A DNA stretch of 64,000 nucleotides from Gammaproteobacteria bacterium (GCA_024224415.1 JAAENK010000324.1:1564-65563); one strand, 5' to 3'; counted from the stretch's first letter, positions 1 to 9,875 are shown. The notes: a model not told the origin generated them from the letters alone. Translations and numbers: made by a program.

Positions 1-928
1 TACCGTATTGTTGTAAAGCCTGATTAAAATTGTCCGAGCAATTGACGTGACCGGGATATCCCATGTCGTCGTAGTATTTTGACGTACAGGCGGTGCCGAA
101 ACTGTCGTGTCGGCCGCAGGTGTCCTGTATCACCTCGACCATGGCCTGGAAATCCTGGTCGTAAAATTTTGCATACAAACCCGGCGCTGGATATGAGGCG
201 CCGACGACGTGCCTGGTACTGGTGGCATCCAGGCTACGCTCCAGGCCTTTATCGAGTTTGGCTGAGTCAAAACACTGGAAGTCCGAACATTCGCGGCCCT
301 CGACATCGATAATCTGGATATATTGCCCCGCTTTAATTTCGTAGGCGTAGGCGGTACGCGCCTCGATTCGAATATCTTCCAGTGGATCGGCGAGTGGCTC
401 GGGCAGCAGAATTGGTGATGATTCCTGCACGTTATTTTTACGATGTACATAAGCTACTAAATCGGTCGTAGTGGTTTGCTCATCGACCTGCATATCGGAC
501 CCGGGTGCTGCGATCAGGCAGTAAACCAGTTCATTAGCAATAAAGCTTATCGAGTCACCAGCAGGTGACTGATCGGTAAAAACTTGCGTGCTTTGTGCCT
601 GCGCAAGATCCACACCAAAACGTTTCAGAGCAGCGTCCAGTTTTTGCGTGTTTATGTTTTTATCCAGCAGAATTTGCTTTAAACCGTCGGCTTTGCCATT
701 GGCTTTGGCGCCAATAGTTTGCATGTCGCTCTTGCCCTTCTGGTTGAAAACACAAATTTCAGCAACTTGCAGTCCCTCGGGGCTGATGGCTTCAAGCTCG
801 TCACCAGGATTGAGGGTAATGGCTAGACTGCCGCCGCCACGGATTGGATAACGTTCGGTATTGGCGGGTAAGGTATTCAAGCCTGGTTCGAGAATCCGGA
901 CAGGTGAAATAAAGAGAGGCGCATTCAT
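1..928 (-). CDS. DUF1989-like (urea-carboxylase-associated family) protein; start codon at 928, 3' end lies beyond window start
   Basis: Unterminated minus-strand frame from ATG 926-928 (MNAPLFISPVRILEPGLNTLPANTERYPIRGGGS...YEIKAGQYIQIIDVEGRECSDFQCF...DTCGRHDSFGTACTSKYYDDMGYPGHVNCS) to position 1 with no stop; absent from ORF track because not stop-bounded; start 13 bp downstream of gntR stop on same strand; family assignment from remembered motif resemblance only. Confidence 0.45.
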   Translation of the reverse strand, partial: MNAPLFISPVRILEPGLNTLPANTERYPIRGGGSLAITLNPGDELEAISPEGLQVAEICVFNQKGKSDMQTIGAKANGKADGLKQILLDKNINTQKLDAALKRFGVDLAQAQSTQVFTDQSPAGDSISFIANELVYCLIAAPGSDMQVDEQTTTTDLVAYVHRKNNVQESSPILLPEPLADPLEDIRIEARTAYAYEIKAGQYIQIIDVEGRECSDFQCFDSAKLDKGLERSLDATSTRHVVGASYPAPGLYAKFYDQDFQAMVEVIQDTCGRHDSFGTACTSKYYDDMGYPGHVNCSDNFNQALQQYG

Positions 929-940
929 GTTGGGTACCTG

Positions 941-1756
941 TCAGGGTTCCAGAAGATCATCGTGAACACTATTAAGGTGTTGCTTCATAATAGTAACCGC
1001 TTCGGAGCTGTGTCGAGCGGCAATGGCTTCATAAATACTGCGGTGTTGGCGATTGTAGTCAGCTATGCGTTCAGGAGTTAATAGTTTGGCTTTCATGCTA
1101 CGCCATTGCGCGAAGCGGCGTACTTCGCTGATGCGCTCATACACCCAGTACAACAGTTTATTTTTTGAGCAATGCGCCAGGGCCATATGGAATGCAGTAT
1201 CCGCACGGGCGAATTTTTCTGCATCACCACCACAGTTTTCGCATTTCTTTAATGCACCACGCAATTCCTCCAGGTCTCGATGGCTGGCATTGGTAATCGC
1301 CAGTTTTACGATTTGCGGTTCAAGAGCGATACGTACTTCGACCATTTCTAATGGGCTGGTTATGCTCGCTATTTCCTGCTGATTGGATAATTCTCTGTGG
1401 GATACAAAAGTCCCGCTACCGATTTGGCGTATCACCAGGTGCTGATCTTCGAGAATCTGTAAGGCTGATCGAATGGTGCCACGCGATACTTTGAACTCGT
1501 CAGCGAGATGGCGCTCTGCAGGTAACCGTTCCTCGTTCGCGTAGTGACCACCAAGAATTCTTTCACGCAGTTGGGTGACTAGCTGACTGGTGGTGGCTCC
1601 GAGGCGACTATTCCCGGAATGCCTGGGAGAGGTTTGCGCAACCTGGTTCTGCTTTTCGCCGAGACTCATAGTGTTTGGTTCCCCCAAAAAAACCAATTGA
1701 TTAGAATTGGTACAGTAAATTGGTACAATAATGCAGTAATAGATAGACTTAGGCAA
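941..1756 (-). CDS. GntR-family transcriptional regulator (FadR/FCD-type C-terminal domain)
   Basis: N-terminal winged HTH (LPAERHLADEFKVSRGTIRSALQILEDQHLV), helical FCD-like C-terminus; divergent from gmaS-like gene. Confidence 0.8.
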   Translation of the reverse strand: MPKSIYYCIIVPIYCTNSNQLVFLGEPNTMSLGEKQNQVAQTSPRHSGNSRLGATTSQLVTQLRERILGGHYANEERLPAERHLADEFKVSRGTIRSALQILEDQHLVIRQIGSGTFVSHRELSNQQEIASITSPLEMVEVRIALEPQIVKLAITNASHRDLEELRGALKKCENCGGDAEKFARADTAFHMALAHCSKNKLLYWVYERISEVRRFAQWRSMKAKLLTPERIADYNRQHRSIYEAIAARHSSEAVTIMKQHLNSVHDDLLEP

Positions 1757-2097
1757 GTCTGGGATGATCGTATTTGATGAATAGCTAAGATTGATGGCCT
1801 ATTTAGGCTTTAGTTTTGGGTTGAGGCCTTGTATAACTTGAGCAATGTAAGTAATTGATATATAACAATATAAAACTGAAATCAGTTGCTGTTCATAAAT
1901 ACTCCTGGAAAATTGGTCTAATCGATATATGAATTCGGCGAGCGAAATATCAAAAAAGGGCAAGTAGATCTTGTAATGGACTAATAAACAGGTATACCAT
2001 TGCCACCCAGTAACCGAAATTAGTCAGTTAAGTTTCGGAAAAATTAAACCAAAAAGTAACGATGCACTCAATTTAAGAAACCGATTGGAGGAATTAA

Positions 2098-3567
2098 ATG
2101 ACTGATTTACAAGCACATGTTGAAGCGCCAGGGCGTGCAGATCTGGTTAAACAGGTTAGCGAAAAAATTAAAGAAACAGGCGTTGATTATATTTATTACC
2201 AGTTTATCTCGGTAACCGGTCGTATCGTCGGCAAGGGTATACCAGCAGCGCATTGGGAGCGCCTTGCAGAAAAGGGCTTCCAGCTCGTTTATGGCTCGAC
2301 AGCAAATTTGTTTGTCGATCGTCACGGTGAATACATAGGGTACGGCCCAGAATCATCTGAGCTGGTTGGTATCCCAGACCCGGAGACTTTCTGCCAACTG
2401 CCCTGGGATAAGCGAATTGGTCGGGTATTTTGTACCTTATTCCGCAATCGTGAAGAACGTGAGAACCCAGGTGGAGCCTTGACTTCCGATTGTCGTGGCA
2501 ACTTACGTCGTATCCATAATGAATTTCAGGACAAACACGGCCTCGATATGCGTTGTGGCACAGAACCGGAAATGATGTGGCTTAAACGCGGAGAAGACGG
2601 CAAGATGGCTGGCGGTGTAACCAAACCAAATTGTTACCACATCGATCAGTTCGAAGAGTTGCGCCCGACTTTCATGAAAGTCATCGAATACTCGCAACAA
2701 ATGGGACTCGATATAATCCAGGGTGACCATGAAGACGCACCCGGGCAGCTAGAGCTGAATACGCAGTTTGACGATGTATTACGTAACGCCGACCGTTTGA
2801 CCACTTATCGTCAGATTTGTGCGCAGGTTGCGCGTGAAGATAACTTGATTGCCTGTTTCATGTCCAAGCCATTCATGGGTGTTTCGGCTTCAGGCTGTCA
2901 CCACAATATGTCTTTGTGGCGCGGTGGCGAGGATGTGGTTAACAAAATGGGCATTGATAGCCTGCCTGGTATGGATGGTGCTTTTACCTATCGCGTTGGT
3001 GGTGAAAATACCTTTATGCCAGATCCTTCTATCGATGATCGTGCCCCCGGCCCAATTGGCCTGCATTCAATCGGTGGTGTAATCAAGCATCTCGGCGCAC
3101 TGACTTCTATTGGTTCATCAACGGTTAACTCTTATCGCCGTTTATGGGACACCGGTTTCTGGGCACCTATTTTCGCTGACTGGGGTTACCAGAACCGTAC
3201 CTGTGCATTGCGCGTATCGGCACCTGGTCGCTTCGAGTATCGCTCAGTTGACTCAATGGTAAATCCATACCTAATGGGTTCCGCATTGCTGAAAACATTC
3301 GACGACGGTATTGACAATAAGCTTGATCCAGGTGAAGCCGAAGAACGCAATATCTACGCTGCGATGGATGCAGGGAAAGAAGTAAAGAAATTGCCCATGT
3401 CTCTGGGCGAAGCGCTCGAAGAGTTGCGTAACGACGAAGTCATTAAATCGTCGATGCCTGGCGAAATGTACAAGGTTTTTGAACATTATAAGCGTGACGA
3501 ATGGGAAAACTACAATGCCACAGTCACCGACTGGGACGTTGAAACTTATCTCGACTGTCTACCATAG
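2098..3567 (+). CDS. gmaS: Glutamine-synthetase-family ligase, candidate gamma-glutamylmethylamide synthetase
   Basis: 489 aa GS catalytic-domain-like protein (type III/GMAS-like, no adenylylation-loop features noticed), immediately upstream of mgsABC as in N-methylglutamate pathway clusters. Confidence 0.6.
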   Translation: MTDLQAHVEAPGRADLVKQVSEKIKETGVDYIYYQFISVTGRIVGKGIPAAHWERLAEKGFQLVYGSTANLFVDRHGEYIGYGPESSELVGIPDPETFCQLPWDKRIGRVFCTLFRNREERENPGGALTSDCRGNLRRIHNEFQDKHGLDMRCGTEPEMMWLKRGEDGKMAGGVTKPNCYHIDQFEELRPTFMKVIEYSQQMGLDIIQGDHEDAPGQLELNTQFDDVLRNADRLTTYRQICAQVAREDNLIACFMSKPFMGVSASGCHHNMSLWRGGEDVVNKMGIDSLPGMDGAFTYRVGGENTFMPDPSIDDRAPGPIGLHSIGGVIKHLGALTSIGSSTVNSYRRLWDTGFWAPIFADWGYQNRTCALRVSAPGRFEYRSVDSMVNPYLMGSALLKTFDDGIDNKLDPGEAEERNIYAAMDAGKEVKKLPMSLGEALEELRNDEVIKSSMPGEMYKVFEHYKRDEWENYNATVTDWDVETYLDCLP

Positions 3568-3582
3568 CAATGTAGTCAAATG

Positions 3583-3602
3583 CCCGGCGCAATTGCGCCG
3601 GG
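3583..3602 (+). other. Perfect palindromic hairpin in gmaS-mgsA intergenic region
   Basis: CCCGGCGCAATTGCGCCGGG (10-bp arms, no loop), not followed by a clear T-tract. Confidence 0.5.
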
Positions 3603-3664
3603 TGATATGAATTCTTTAGTGCTGTGTTCGCACAGTAAATTTTTAATCTTAAGAGGAAATACTT

Positions 3665-4603
3665 ATGTGTGGTATTGCTGGACTTATCTGGAAAGGTGGT
3701 GCAAGCAGTGATATCGGTACAGAAATGACCCAAATGCTTCAGGCCTTGAAGCATCGAGGGCCAGACTCGACCGGTTTTGCACTCTACGGGAAAGGCGAGG
3801 AGGGCGTGAGAGTTTTACGTTTTAAAGTCGCCGAGCAGGAAGAAATGAAAACCGGCTTCGATATTCATAAAAAAGCGGTTGAACGTAAGGAAGCTGTCGA
3901 TGCGCGTTTGCTGGAAATGGGTGCGGAAATCACCGAAAAAGAAGATGCGACCGAATATGCGTTTCGTTATCACTTTAAATTCGATGGCGATATGACCCGT
4001 CTGATCGACTATATCGAAGATATCGACGGTGTCGAAATCCTTTCGGTAGGTAAGGCGCTGGAGCTGATTAAAGATCTGGGAGATGCAGCAGTGGTGTCAG
4101 ATCAGTATGGTCTGAAAGGTTTTCAGGGCACACACGCCATTGGGCATACGCGTATGGCGACCGAGTCTGATGTTGATATTCGTTCCGCACACCCTTACTG
4201 GGCTTACCCGTTTAACGATGTCTCGGTTGTTCATAATGGCCAGTTGACTAATTACTGGACTAATCGACGCGATCTCGAACGTCGTGGTCACCGGTTTATG
4301 TCGAATTGTGACTCTGAATTGATCGCGGTCTATATTGCTGATCGCATTGATCAGGGTGATGAGCTGGAAGATGCAATGACGCGTTCGATTGATAAGCTCG
4401 ATGGTGTATTCACTTACCTGGTCGCAACCGGAACGCAGCTTGGCATGGCCAAGGACGTGATGGGCGCCAAGCCGATGGTGTTATACGAAAGTGATGAATT
4501 TGTTGGATTAGCGTCAGAAGAGGTCGCAATCCGCAGTATTTTCCCGCGTGAAATTGACACCTGGGATCCATATCAAGGGGAGGTCAAAGTATGGGCAGCG
4601 TAA
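3665..4603 (+). CDS. mgsA: N-methylglutamate synthase subunit A (class-II glutamine amidotransferase domain)
   Basis: Starts MCGIAGL (Ntn-hydrolase Cys1), GATase-2 fold; first of three glutamate-synthase-domain genes split as separate ORFs, typical of mgsABC. Confidence 0.75.
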   Translation: MCGIAGLIWKGGASSDIGTEMTQMLQALKHRGPDSTGFALYGKGEEGVRVLRFKVAEQEEMKTGFDIHKKAVERKEAVDARLLEMGAEITEKEDATEYAFRYHFKFDGDMTRLIDYIEDIDGVEILSVGKALELIKDLGDAAVVSDQYGLKGFQGTHAIGHTRMATESDVDIRSAHPYWAYPFNDVSVVHNGQLTNYWTNRRDLERRGHRFMSNCDSELIAVYIADRIDQGDELEDAMTRSIDKLDGVFTYLVATGTQLGMAKDVMGAKPMVLYESDEFVGLASEEVAIRSIFPREIDTWDPYQGEVKVWAA

Positions 4604-5427
4604 CTACATCGCATGAGATGGGGCTGCATGAAGAACAGCTCGCGGGTCGTACCCAGCAAATGTTCTTCTCGGCCACAGAGGAGGAAAACTACACCTATCC
4701 CTGGTCATACGAAGTTGACATCGAGAAGTCGGCTGAGTTTGATGCTGCGGAGATGGAAATTTCTGAAATCAATCTCAAAATTCGTGAATTGATGAAATCT
4801 GGTCACGGTACGATTACCGTAAACAACCCGCGCGCCAAGCATTCGTTGGGTGTGGGCATTCTGAACCGGCTAAACCTGAACTTCAACGGTAGCCTCGGTT
4901 ACTTCGGTTGTGGCCTTATCGATGGTGCCAATATTCGTATTAGCGGTCGTGTAGGCTGGTCCTGCGCAGAAAACATGATGGCGGGCACAGTTGTTATTGA
5001 AAAGAATGCTGGTTCATTGTTCGGTGCGGCGATTCGTGGCGGCGATCTGGTTTGCAAAGGTCAGGCGGGTGCGCGGGTTGGTATCGACCAGAAGGGTGGC
5101 ACCATTATTGTTGGAGGCAGCGTCGGGGCTTTTACCGGTTTTATGATGCAGCGCGGACGTATGATTATCCTCGGTGATGCTGGTGATAACCTGGGGGATT
5201 CAATGTACGACGGTACTATCTATGTCGCCGGTAAGATTGCCAGCCTGGGTGTCGACTGTGTCGAAACCGAGATGACCGACCTTGATCGAAAATACTTGCA
5301 GGGCAAGCTGGATTTATACGGCATGGCTGCACCGAATGGTATCGACAACATGGTCAAGTTAACTTCGGGCAAGCAGTTGTGGAACTACGATAACCTCGAA
5401 CCAACAGAGAAGAAGCTGGTGCTTTAG
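4591..5427 (+). CDS. mgsB: N-methylglutamate synthase subunit B (GltS GXGXG beta-helix domain)
   Basis: Repeated G-rich beta-helix motifs (GCGLIDGANIRISGRVGWSCAENMMAGTVVI...GAAIRGGDLVCKGQAGARVG); 13-nt overlap with mgsA. Confidence 0.75.
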   Translation: MGSVTTSHEMGLHEEQLAGRTQQMFFSATEEENYTYPWSYEVDIEKSAEFDAAEMEISEINLKIRELMKSGHGTITVNNPRAKHSLGVGILNRLNLNFNGSLGYFGCGLIDGANIRISGRVGWSCAENMMAGTVVIEKNAGSLFGAAIRGGDLVCKGQAGARVGIDQKGGTIIVGGSVGAFTGFMMQRGRMIILGDAGDNLGDSMYDGTIYVAGKIASLGVDCVETEMTDLDRKYLQGKLDLYGMAAPNGIDNMVKLTSGKQLWNYDNLEPTEKKLVL

Positions 5428-5452
5428 CACGGTTTTTATTGGAGATTAAATA

Positions 5453-6793
5453 ATGTCTGACAAAAAAATTGATCCGTACCACCTGGGGAAAAGTTTTATC
5501 TTCCCGCCCGAGGTGATTAACGATATTCATGTTAAGTCTGAACTTGGGCGTTACCGTATGCGCGGTTTCTCGCTGTTCAAGAAAATCCCGACCTGGGACG
5601 AACTGACTTTCATGCCTGGCACGCTGACACGCTTCGTTATAGAAGGTTATCGAGAAAAATGTTTAACCAAAACCATTATTGGTCCGGAGGCGAAGAAGCC
5701 GCTGGAACTTGATATACCGGTTTATATTACCGGTATGAGTTTCGGTGCTTTGAGCTACGAAGCCAAGACCGCGTTGGCGCGTGGTGCGACCATGGCCGGT
5801 ACTGCGACCTGTTCGGGTGAAGGCGGTATGATCCCTGACGAACGTCGGTATTCAAGTAAATGGTTGTATCAATGTATCCAGTCGCGTTATGGCTTTAACC
5901 CTAACCACCTGCGTTTAGCTGATGCTGTCGAGTTTTTCATCGGCCAGGGTTGTAAGGTTGGTTTGGGTGGTCACTTGATGGGGCAAAAGGTTACCGACCA
6001 GGTTGCTGAAATGCGTTCATTACCAGCCGGTATAGATCAGCGTTCACCGGCCCGTCACCCCGACTGGATGGGTCCGGACGATCTGGCACTGAAGATTCAG
6101 GAAATCCGTGAAGCGACTGACGGGCAAATTCCAATTCAGCTCAAACTTGGTGCCGCGCGAGTTTACGATGATGTACGTATGGCCGCTAAAACTGGGCCTG
6201 ATTCGATATACATTGATGGCATGGAAGGTGGTACTGGTGCTGGACCTCATCTCGCTACAGAAGAAACCGGAGTACCTGGTATCGCCGCGATTCGTCAGGC
6301 ACGACAGGCGCTGGATGATGTCGGCATGTCGGGTCGGATTACGCTTATTTACGCAGGTGGTATTCGTAATGGTGCGGATCTCGCCAAGGCGATTGCCCTG
6401 GGTGCCGATGCGGTTGCAATCGGTCACTCGGCGATGATGGCCTTAAACTGTAATAAGGACATCCCCGAAGCCGACTACGAAAAAGAAATTGGCATAGAAG
6501 CGGGTTATTGCTACCACTGTCATACCGGTCGTTGCCCGGTTGGTGTTGCCACGCAGGATCCCGAGTTGCGCAAGCGACTCGACCCGGATACAGCGGCGGA
6601 GCGGGTTTATAACTTCCTGCATACACTGACAATCGAAGCGCAGCTATTTGCCCGTGCCTGCGGCAAGACCAATATCCACTCACTGGAGCCGGAAGATCTG
6701 GCTGCTTTGACTCTGGAAGCGTCTGCCTGTGCGCAAGTACCTATGGCTGGTTCTCAACACACTGTCGGTCGTCCCGACATGACACGTTTCTAA
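5453..6793 (+). CDS. mgsC: N-methylglutamate synthase subunit C (glutamate synthase FMN-binding/TIM-barrel domain)
   Basis: GltS FMN domain motifs (ITGMSFGALSYEAK, IDGMEGGTGAGP, IYAGGIRNGADLAKAIALGADAV) and C-terminal Cys cluster. Confidence 0.75.
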   Translation: MSDKKIDPYHLGKSFIFPPEVINDIHVKSELGRYRMRGFSLFKKIPTWDELTFMPGTLTRFVIEGYREKCLTKTIIGPEAKKPLELDIPVYITGMSFGALSYEAKTALARGATMAGTATCSGEGGMIPDERRYSSKWLYQCIQSRYGFNPNHLRLADAVEFFIGQGCKVGLGGHLMGQKVTDQVAEMRSLPAGIDQRSPARHPDWMGPDDLALKIQEIREATDGQIPIQLKLGAARVYDDVRMAAKTGPDSIYIDGMEGGTGAGPHLATEETGVPGIAAIRQARQALDDVGMSGRITLIYAGGIRNGADLAKAIALGADAVAIGHSAMMALNCNKDIPEADYEKEIGIEAGYCYHCHTGRCPVGVATQDPELRKRLDPDTAAERVYNFLHTLTIEAQLFARACGKTNIHSLEPEDLAALTLEASACAQVPMAGSQHTVGRPDMTRF

Positions 6794-6806
6794 GGAGGAC
6801 GTATAA

Positions 6807-7196
6807 ATGGCTGAACAAAATATTGATCAATTTCTCGAAGGCGACGGTCTCGATACTGAACGTGAAAAAACCATCGGTCAGCATATCGGATATCGTTATG
6901 ATGTAAACCTGGTTCCAGATATGGATCGCTGTACCGATTTCCTGCGTAAATATATGAACGTCATGGGCTGGACAGATCTGAACTGGCTGGAAGACGTGCA
7001 TATGGGGTATGAAGAAGGTAATCCGGCGGTATTTGATAGAAATATCAATGGCTGGGTGACCATTCCGGACAACATCGAGTTGCCCGATAATCAGCAGGAT
7101 CGTGACATGATTGCCCGCGAATTACTGGTGAAGTTCCAGATGGCAGAGGGTCACCCAATGGTTGACTTGCGTAAGGCTTACGAAAAGTTCGCCTGA
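6807..7196 (+). CDS. Hypothetical protein (129 aa), co-operonic with mgsC
   Basis: ORF 14 bp after mgsC stop with RBS (aggagg); no family recognised. Confidence 0.4.
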   Translation: MAEQNIDQFLEGDGLDTEREKTIGQHIGYRYDVNLVPDMDRCTDFLRKYMNVMGWTDLNWLEDVHMGYEEGNPAVFDRNINGWVTIPDNIELPDNQQDRDMIARELLVKFQMAEGHPMVDLRKAYEKFA

Positions 7197-7426
7197 TTGT
7201 ATTTGATTAGTGGAAAAATGTGTTTGGCTCGACCACAGGCTTACTCAATTAAGGCTTGTTGGTTGGGTCAAATCAGAGTATAAAAGGAGCGCGCTTTACT
7301 TGCAGGCACTAATGTTTCATATCAGTAACTATAATTTCGCAAGCACACGCGCAAATCAAAAGGGGGCAATGCCGAAAGGGAAGCAGGCATAAGTCTAAAA
7401 AACTGAAATAACATACATAAGAGAGG

Positions 7427-8845
7427 TTGAGGATGGATAATGAACTAACGGCGCTCGGGATTATATTTACCGAGTTTTATTATTGGGTCACCGTTGTGTT
7501 TATGTTTTTAATACACGTCGGTTTCTGTATCTATGAGGTGGGAGCCTCACGATACAAACACCATACCCACACTTTGATGAAGAACACCATGGTTATCCCG
7601 CTGGTAACCGTTACATTCTTCTTTTTCGGGTGGTGGATTTACTTTGCGTTTGTCAATGGTCCCTGGATTATCGGTCCTTTGGTGGATGCTCCATTCGCTA
7701 CGCCATGGAGCGAGTTAATGGGTACGCACATGGGTGGTGCACCTCAAGAAGGAAGTGTCCTTACCGCCGACGATACTGCCTTTTGGGCACGTATTAACGG
7801 TGTTTTCTGGGCCGCCTTCCTGTTGTTCTCCTGGACCGCTGCCTCTATCGTGTCTGGTGCTGTCATCGAACGTATTCGTCCCAGTGCTTTCTGGACTCTT
7901 GCGGTTATCATTGGTTCTTTCACATGGATCATCGATGCGTCGTGGGGCTGGTCATGGAATGGCTGGATGGTACAGAAGCTGGGTTATCACGATGCTTATG
8001 CGTCTGGTGTAATCCATGCTATCGCCGGTGGTTTTGCACTAGGTGTCCTGCTCGTACTCGGTCCACGCATAGGCAAGTTTCGCGCAGATGGTACCCCGAG
8101 AAATATTAACCCGCATAACCCGTGGTTGGTAACAGTAGGCCTGTTCCTCATTTATACCGGTTTCTGGGGGTTCTACGTGGCCTGTAATATTCCGATCATT
8201 GATGTGTATGGTTCCGCGATGCTGGATGTGGCAGATAAGACTTTCTTTAGTGCAACGAATATCTACCTGCAGCCAACCACGCTCTCGGCAATCACCTTTA
8301 ACTTTCTGATGTCTTTGTCGGGTGGTTTGATGGCGGCTTATATCATTTCGGATGGTGATGCATTCTGGACTTACTCCGGTGGACTGGCGGGTGTTATTGG
8401 CGCCTCATCGGGTAACGACCTGTACCACCCTATCCAGGCTATGCTGATCGGCGGCGGTGGTGCCATCCTCGCCTACAAGATGCATTTCTGGGTAGAGAAC
8501 AAGTTCAAGATTGATGACGCTGTCGGTGCGGTTGCGGTACATGGTTATGCCGGTTTTTATGGTATTGTTGTGGCTGGTTTTATGCTCTGGGGCTATCCGT
8601 CGTCACCGTTTGAAGGCTATGCGACCATTTCTCCATGGGGTAATTTTCTCGGTGCTCTGATCATGTTCTTCGTGCTGGGTTTCTTCCCGGTATTAATTGC
8701 TTCGAAGATATTGAACAGTATGGGCAAGCTGCGTATTCCGCGTGAAATCGAAATGGTTGGTCTGGATATCAACCACGAATCACTACGCGCAATGGAAGCT
8801 GAAGAAGTAGCACAGGCTATTCGCGACGAAGCTAACAGCTCGTGA
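7427..8845 (+). CDS. Ammonium/methylammonium transporter (Amt/MEP family)
   Basis: 472 aa, about 11 TM segments, Amt signature region DAVGAVAVHGYAGFYG and conserved His; context suggests methylammonium uptake. Confidence 0.7.
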   Translation: MRMDNELTALGIIFTEFYYWVTVVFMFLIHVGFCIYEVGASRYKHHTHTLMKNTMVIPLVTVTFFFFGWWIYFAFVNGPWIIGPLVDAPFATPWSELMGTHMGGAPQEGSVLTADDTAFWARINGVFWAAFLLFSWTAASIVSGAVIERIRPSAFWTLAVIIGSFTWIIDASWGWSWNGWMVQKLGYHDAYASGVIHAIAGGFALGVLLVLGPRIGKFRADGTPRNINPHNPWLVTVGLFLIYTGFWGFYVACNIPIIDVYGSAMLDVADKTFFSATNIYLQPTTLSAITFNFLMSLSGGLMAAYIISDGDAFWTYSGGLAGVIGASSGNDLYHPIQAMLIGGGGAILAYKMHFWVENKFKIDDAVGAVAVHGYAGFYGIVVAGFMLWGYPSSPFEGYATISPWGNFLGALIMFFVLGFFPVLIASKILNSMGKLRIPREIEMVGLDINHESLRAMEAEEVAQAIRDEANSS

Positions 8846-8885
8846 TCATGATTACTTTGATAACTGAATATATGAGGAGAATATT

Positions 8886-9131
8886 ATGTCTACTGGTTTA
8901 GTTGACAATTGGCTCAATCTCGATCAATTCGGTGCAATCTACCCGTTCGTAGGAACGGAAGGATTGCTGACAATTGCGGGATTGATTTTCTGGTTTGGCT
9001 GGCACGTCTGGCAACACCAAAAGGAATCCACCGAATTTGATAATGATTTGGAAAATATTAAAAAGCAGGGAGGCGTAGGAAAAGTTCTTGAAGCAGAATC
9101 TAGCAGGGAAATGAAGGATACTGTAGGCTAA
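8886..9131 (+). CDS. Small membrane protein (81 aa)
   Basis: One hydrophobic helix (LLTIAGLIFWFGW); follows the Amt-family gene and precedes a strong terminator. Confidence 0.35.
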   Translation: MSTGLVDNWLNLDQFGAIYPFVGTEGLLTIAGLIFWFGWHVWQHQKESTEFDNDLENIKKQGGVGKVLEAESSREMKDTVG

Positions 9132-9163
9132 GATCCATAAGTAACTTTTTAGGATGTAGTATT

Positions 9164-9205
9164 GAAGCCCCTTCGGTTAATGATCGAAGGGGCTTTTCAT
9201 TTTTA
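9164..9205 (+). terminator. Rho-independent terminator
   Basis: GAAGCCCCTTCG-gttaatgat-CGAAGGGGCTTT perfect 12-bp stem followed by TTTTCATTTTT. Confidence 0.7.
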
Positions 9206-9225
9206 TAACAATTTAACGAGAATTT

Positions 9226-9723
9226 GTGATGATAGTAAAAGATGCGCTCTCAGTTATACCGGCGCGCCCAATTTTATATATTGTGCCAACAATCATCGTC
9301 GTGGTGTTGTCATTTTATTATTGGGAGCAGTACACAAAGTGCTCGGATATTAAACTGTTTCGTACCTCGTTAACCGAGACACTGCATTTGAAGGATTTAT
9401 CCGAAAAGTTTCGGTTGGTAGAATTTACCGACTTTATCTGGGACAAGGTCAGGATAGCGGTAAAAATTAAACCGGGAGAAAGGAACGCCGAATGCCCTTT
9501 TGGCTGGAACTGGGCCGAGTCGGAGCGAGAGTCTCTGATGGCTTCCGGGCTATTGACTGTATTGATGTTTGGTCAGGGAGAATCGATTGTGGGCTACGCC
9601 GAATTGCGCAGCGATGAAGTCGAATTTAGTGGGGTTGGTTCCAGTTTAACGCCAAATACCGCCGTATTTACGCTAGGAAAAAATTCCGATAACGGTGCTG
9701 TTTTACTGACTTTGAGTCGTTAG
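9226..9723 (+). CDS. Hypothetical membrane-anchored protein (165 aa)
   Basis: N-terminal TM helix (ILYIVPTIIVVVLSFYYW); AT-rich; no family recognised. Confidence 0.3.
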   Translation: MMIVKDALSVIPARPILYIVPTIIVVVLSFYYWEQYTKCSDIKLFRTSLTETLHLKDLSEKFRLVEFTDFIWDKVRIAVKIKPGERNAECPFGWNWAESERESLMASGLLTVLMFGQGESIVGYAELRSDEVEFSGVGSSLTPNTAVFTLGKNSDNGAVLLTLSR

Positions 9724-9875
9724 TTTAAACTTGAGATTTGTAAAGCGATGTAAAAAAATGTCGTATTAACGATGGTTTGAAAATTGGTTTTTTGTAATAT
9801 ACGCTAGATAGAAAATGGCCGGCCGGAAGCATAGATAGCCAGTCTTAATAAATTTATTTTGGGAGTATCCAACAA

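Noticed and set aside
79-851. Track ORFs 79..312(+), 130..450(-), 588..851(+) near the left edge
   Set aside because: All overlap a longer, protein-like unterminated minus-strand frame (start 928, runs off the window) that explains the region better. The short ORFs have Arg/Cys/Trp-rich or low-complexity translations typical of wrong-frame artefacts.
2098-3567. Possibility that the first GS-like gene is housekeeping glnA
   Set aside because: Its immediate linkage to mgsABC is more parsimoniously a GmaS-type ligase. I saw no GSI adenylylation-loop-like sequence and there is no glnB/ntrBC neighbourhood. It remains unverified, and it is flagged that the second GS-like gene could be the true GmaS.
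9162-9353. ORF 9162..9353 (63 aa) overlapping the terminator hairpin
   Set aside because: It starts inside the stem-loop of a strong intrinsic terminator and overlaps the better-supported 9226..9723 frame; spurious.
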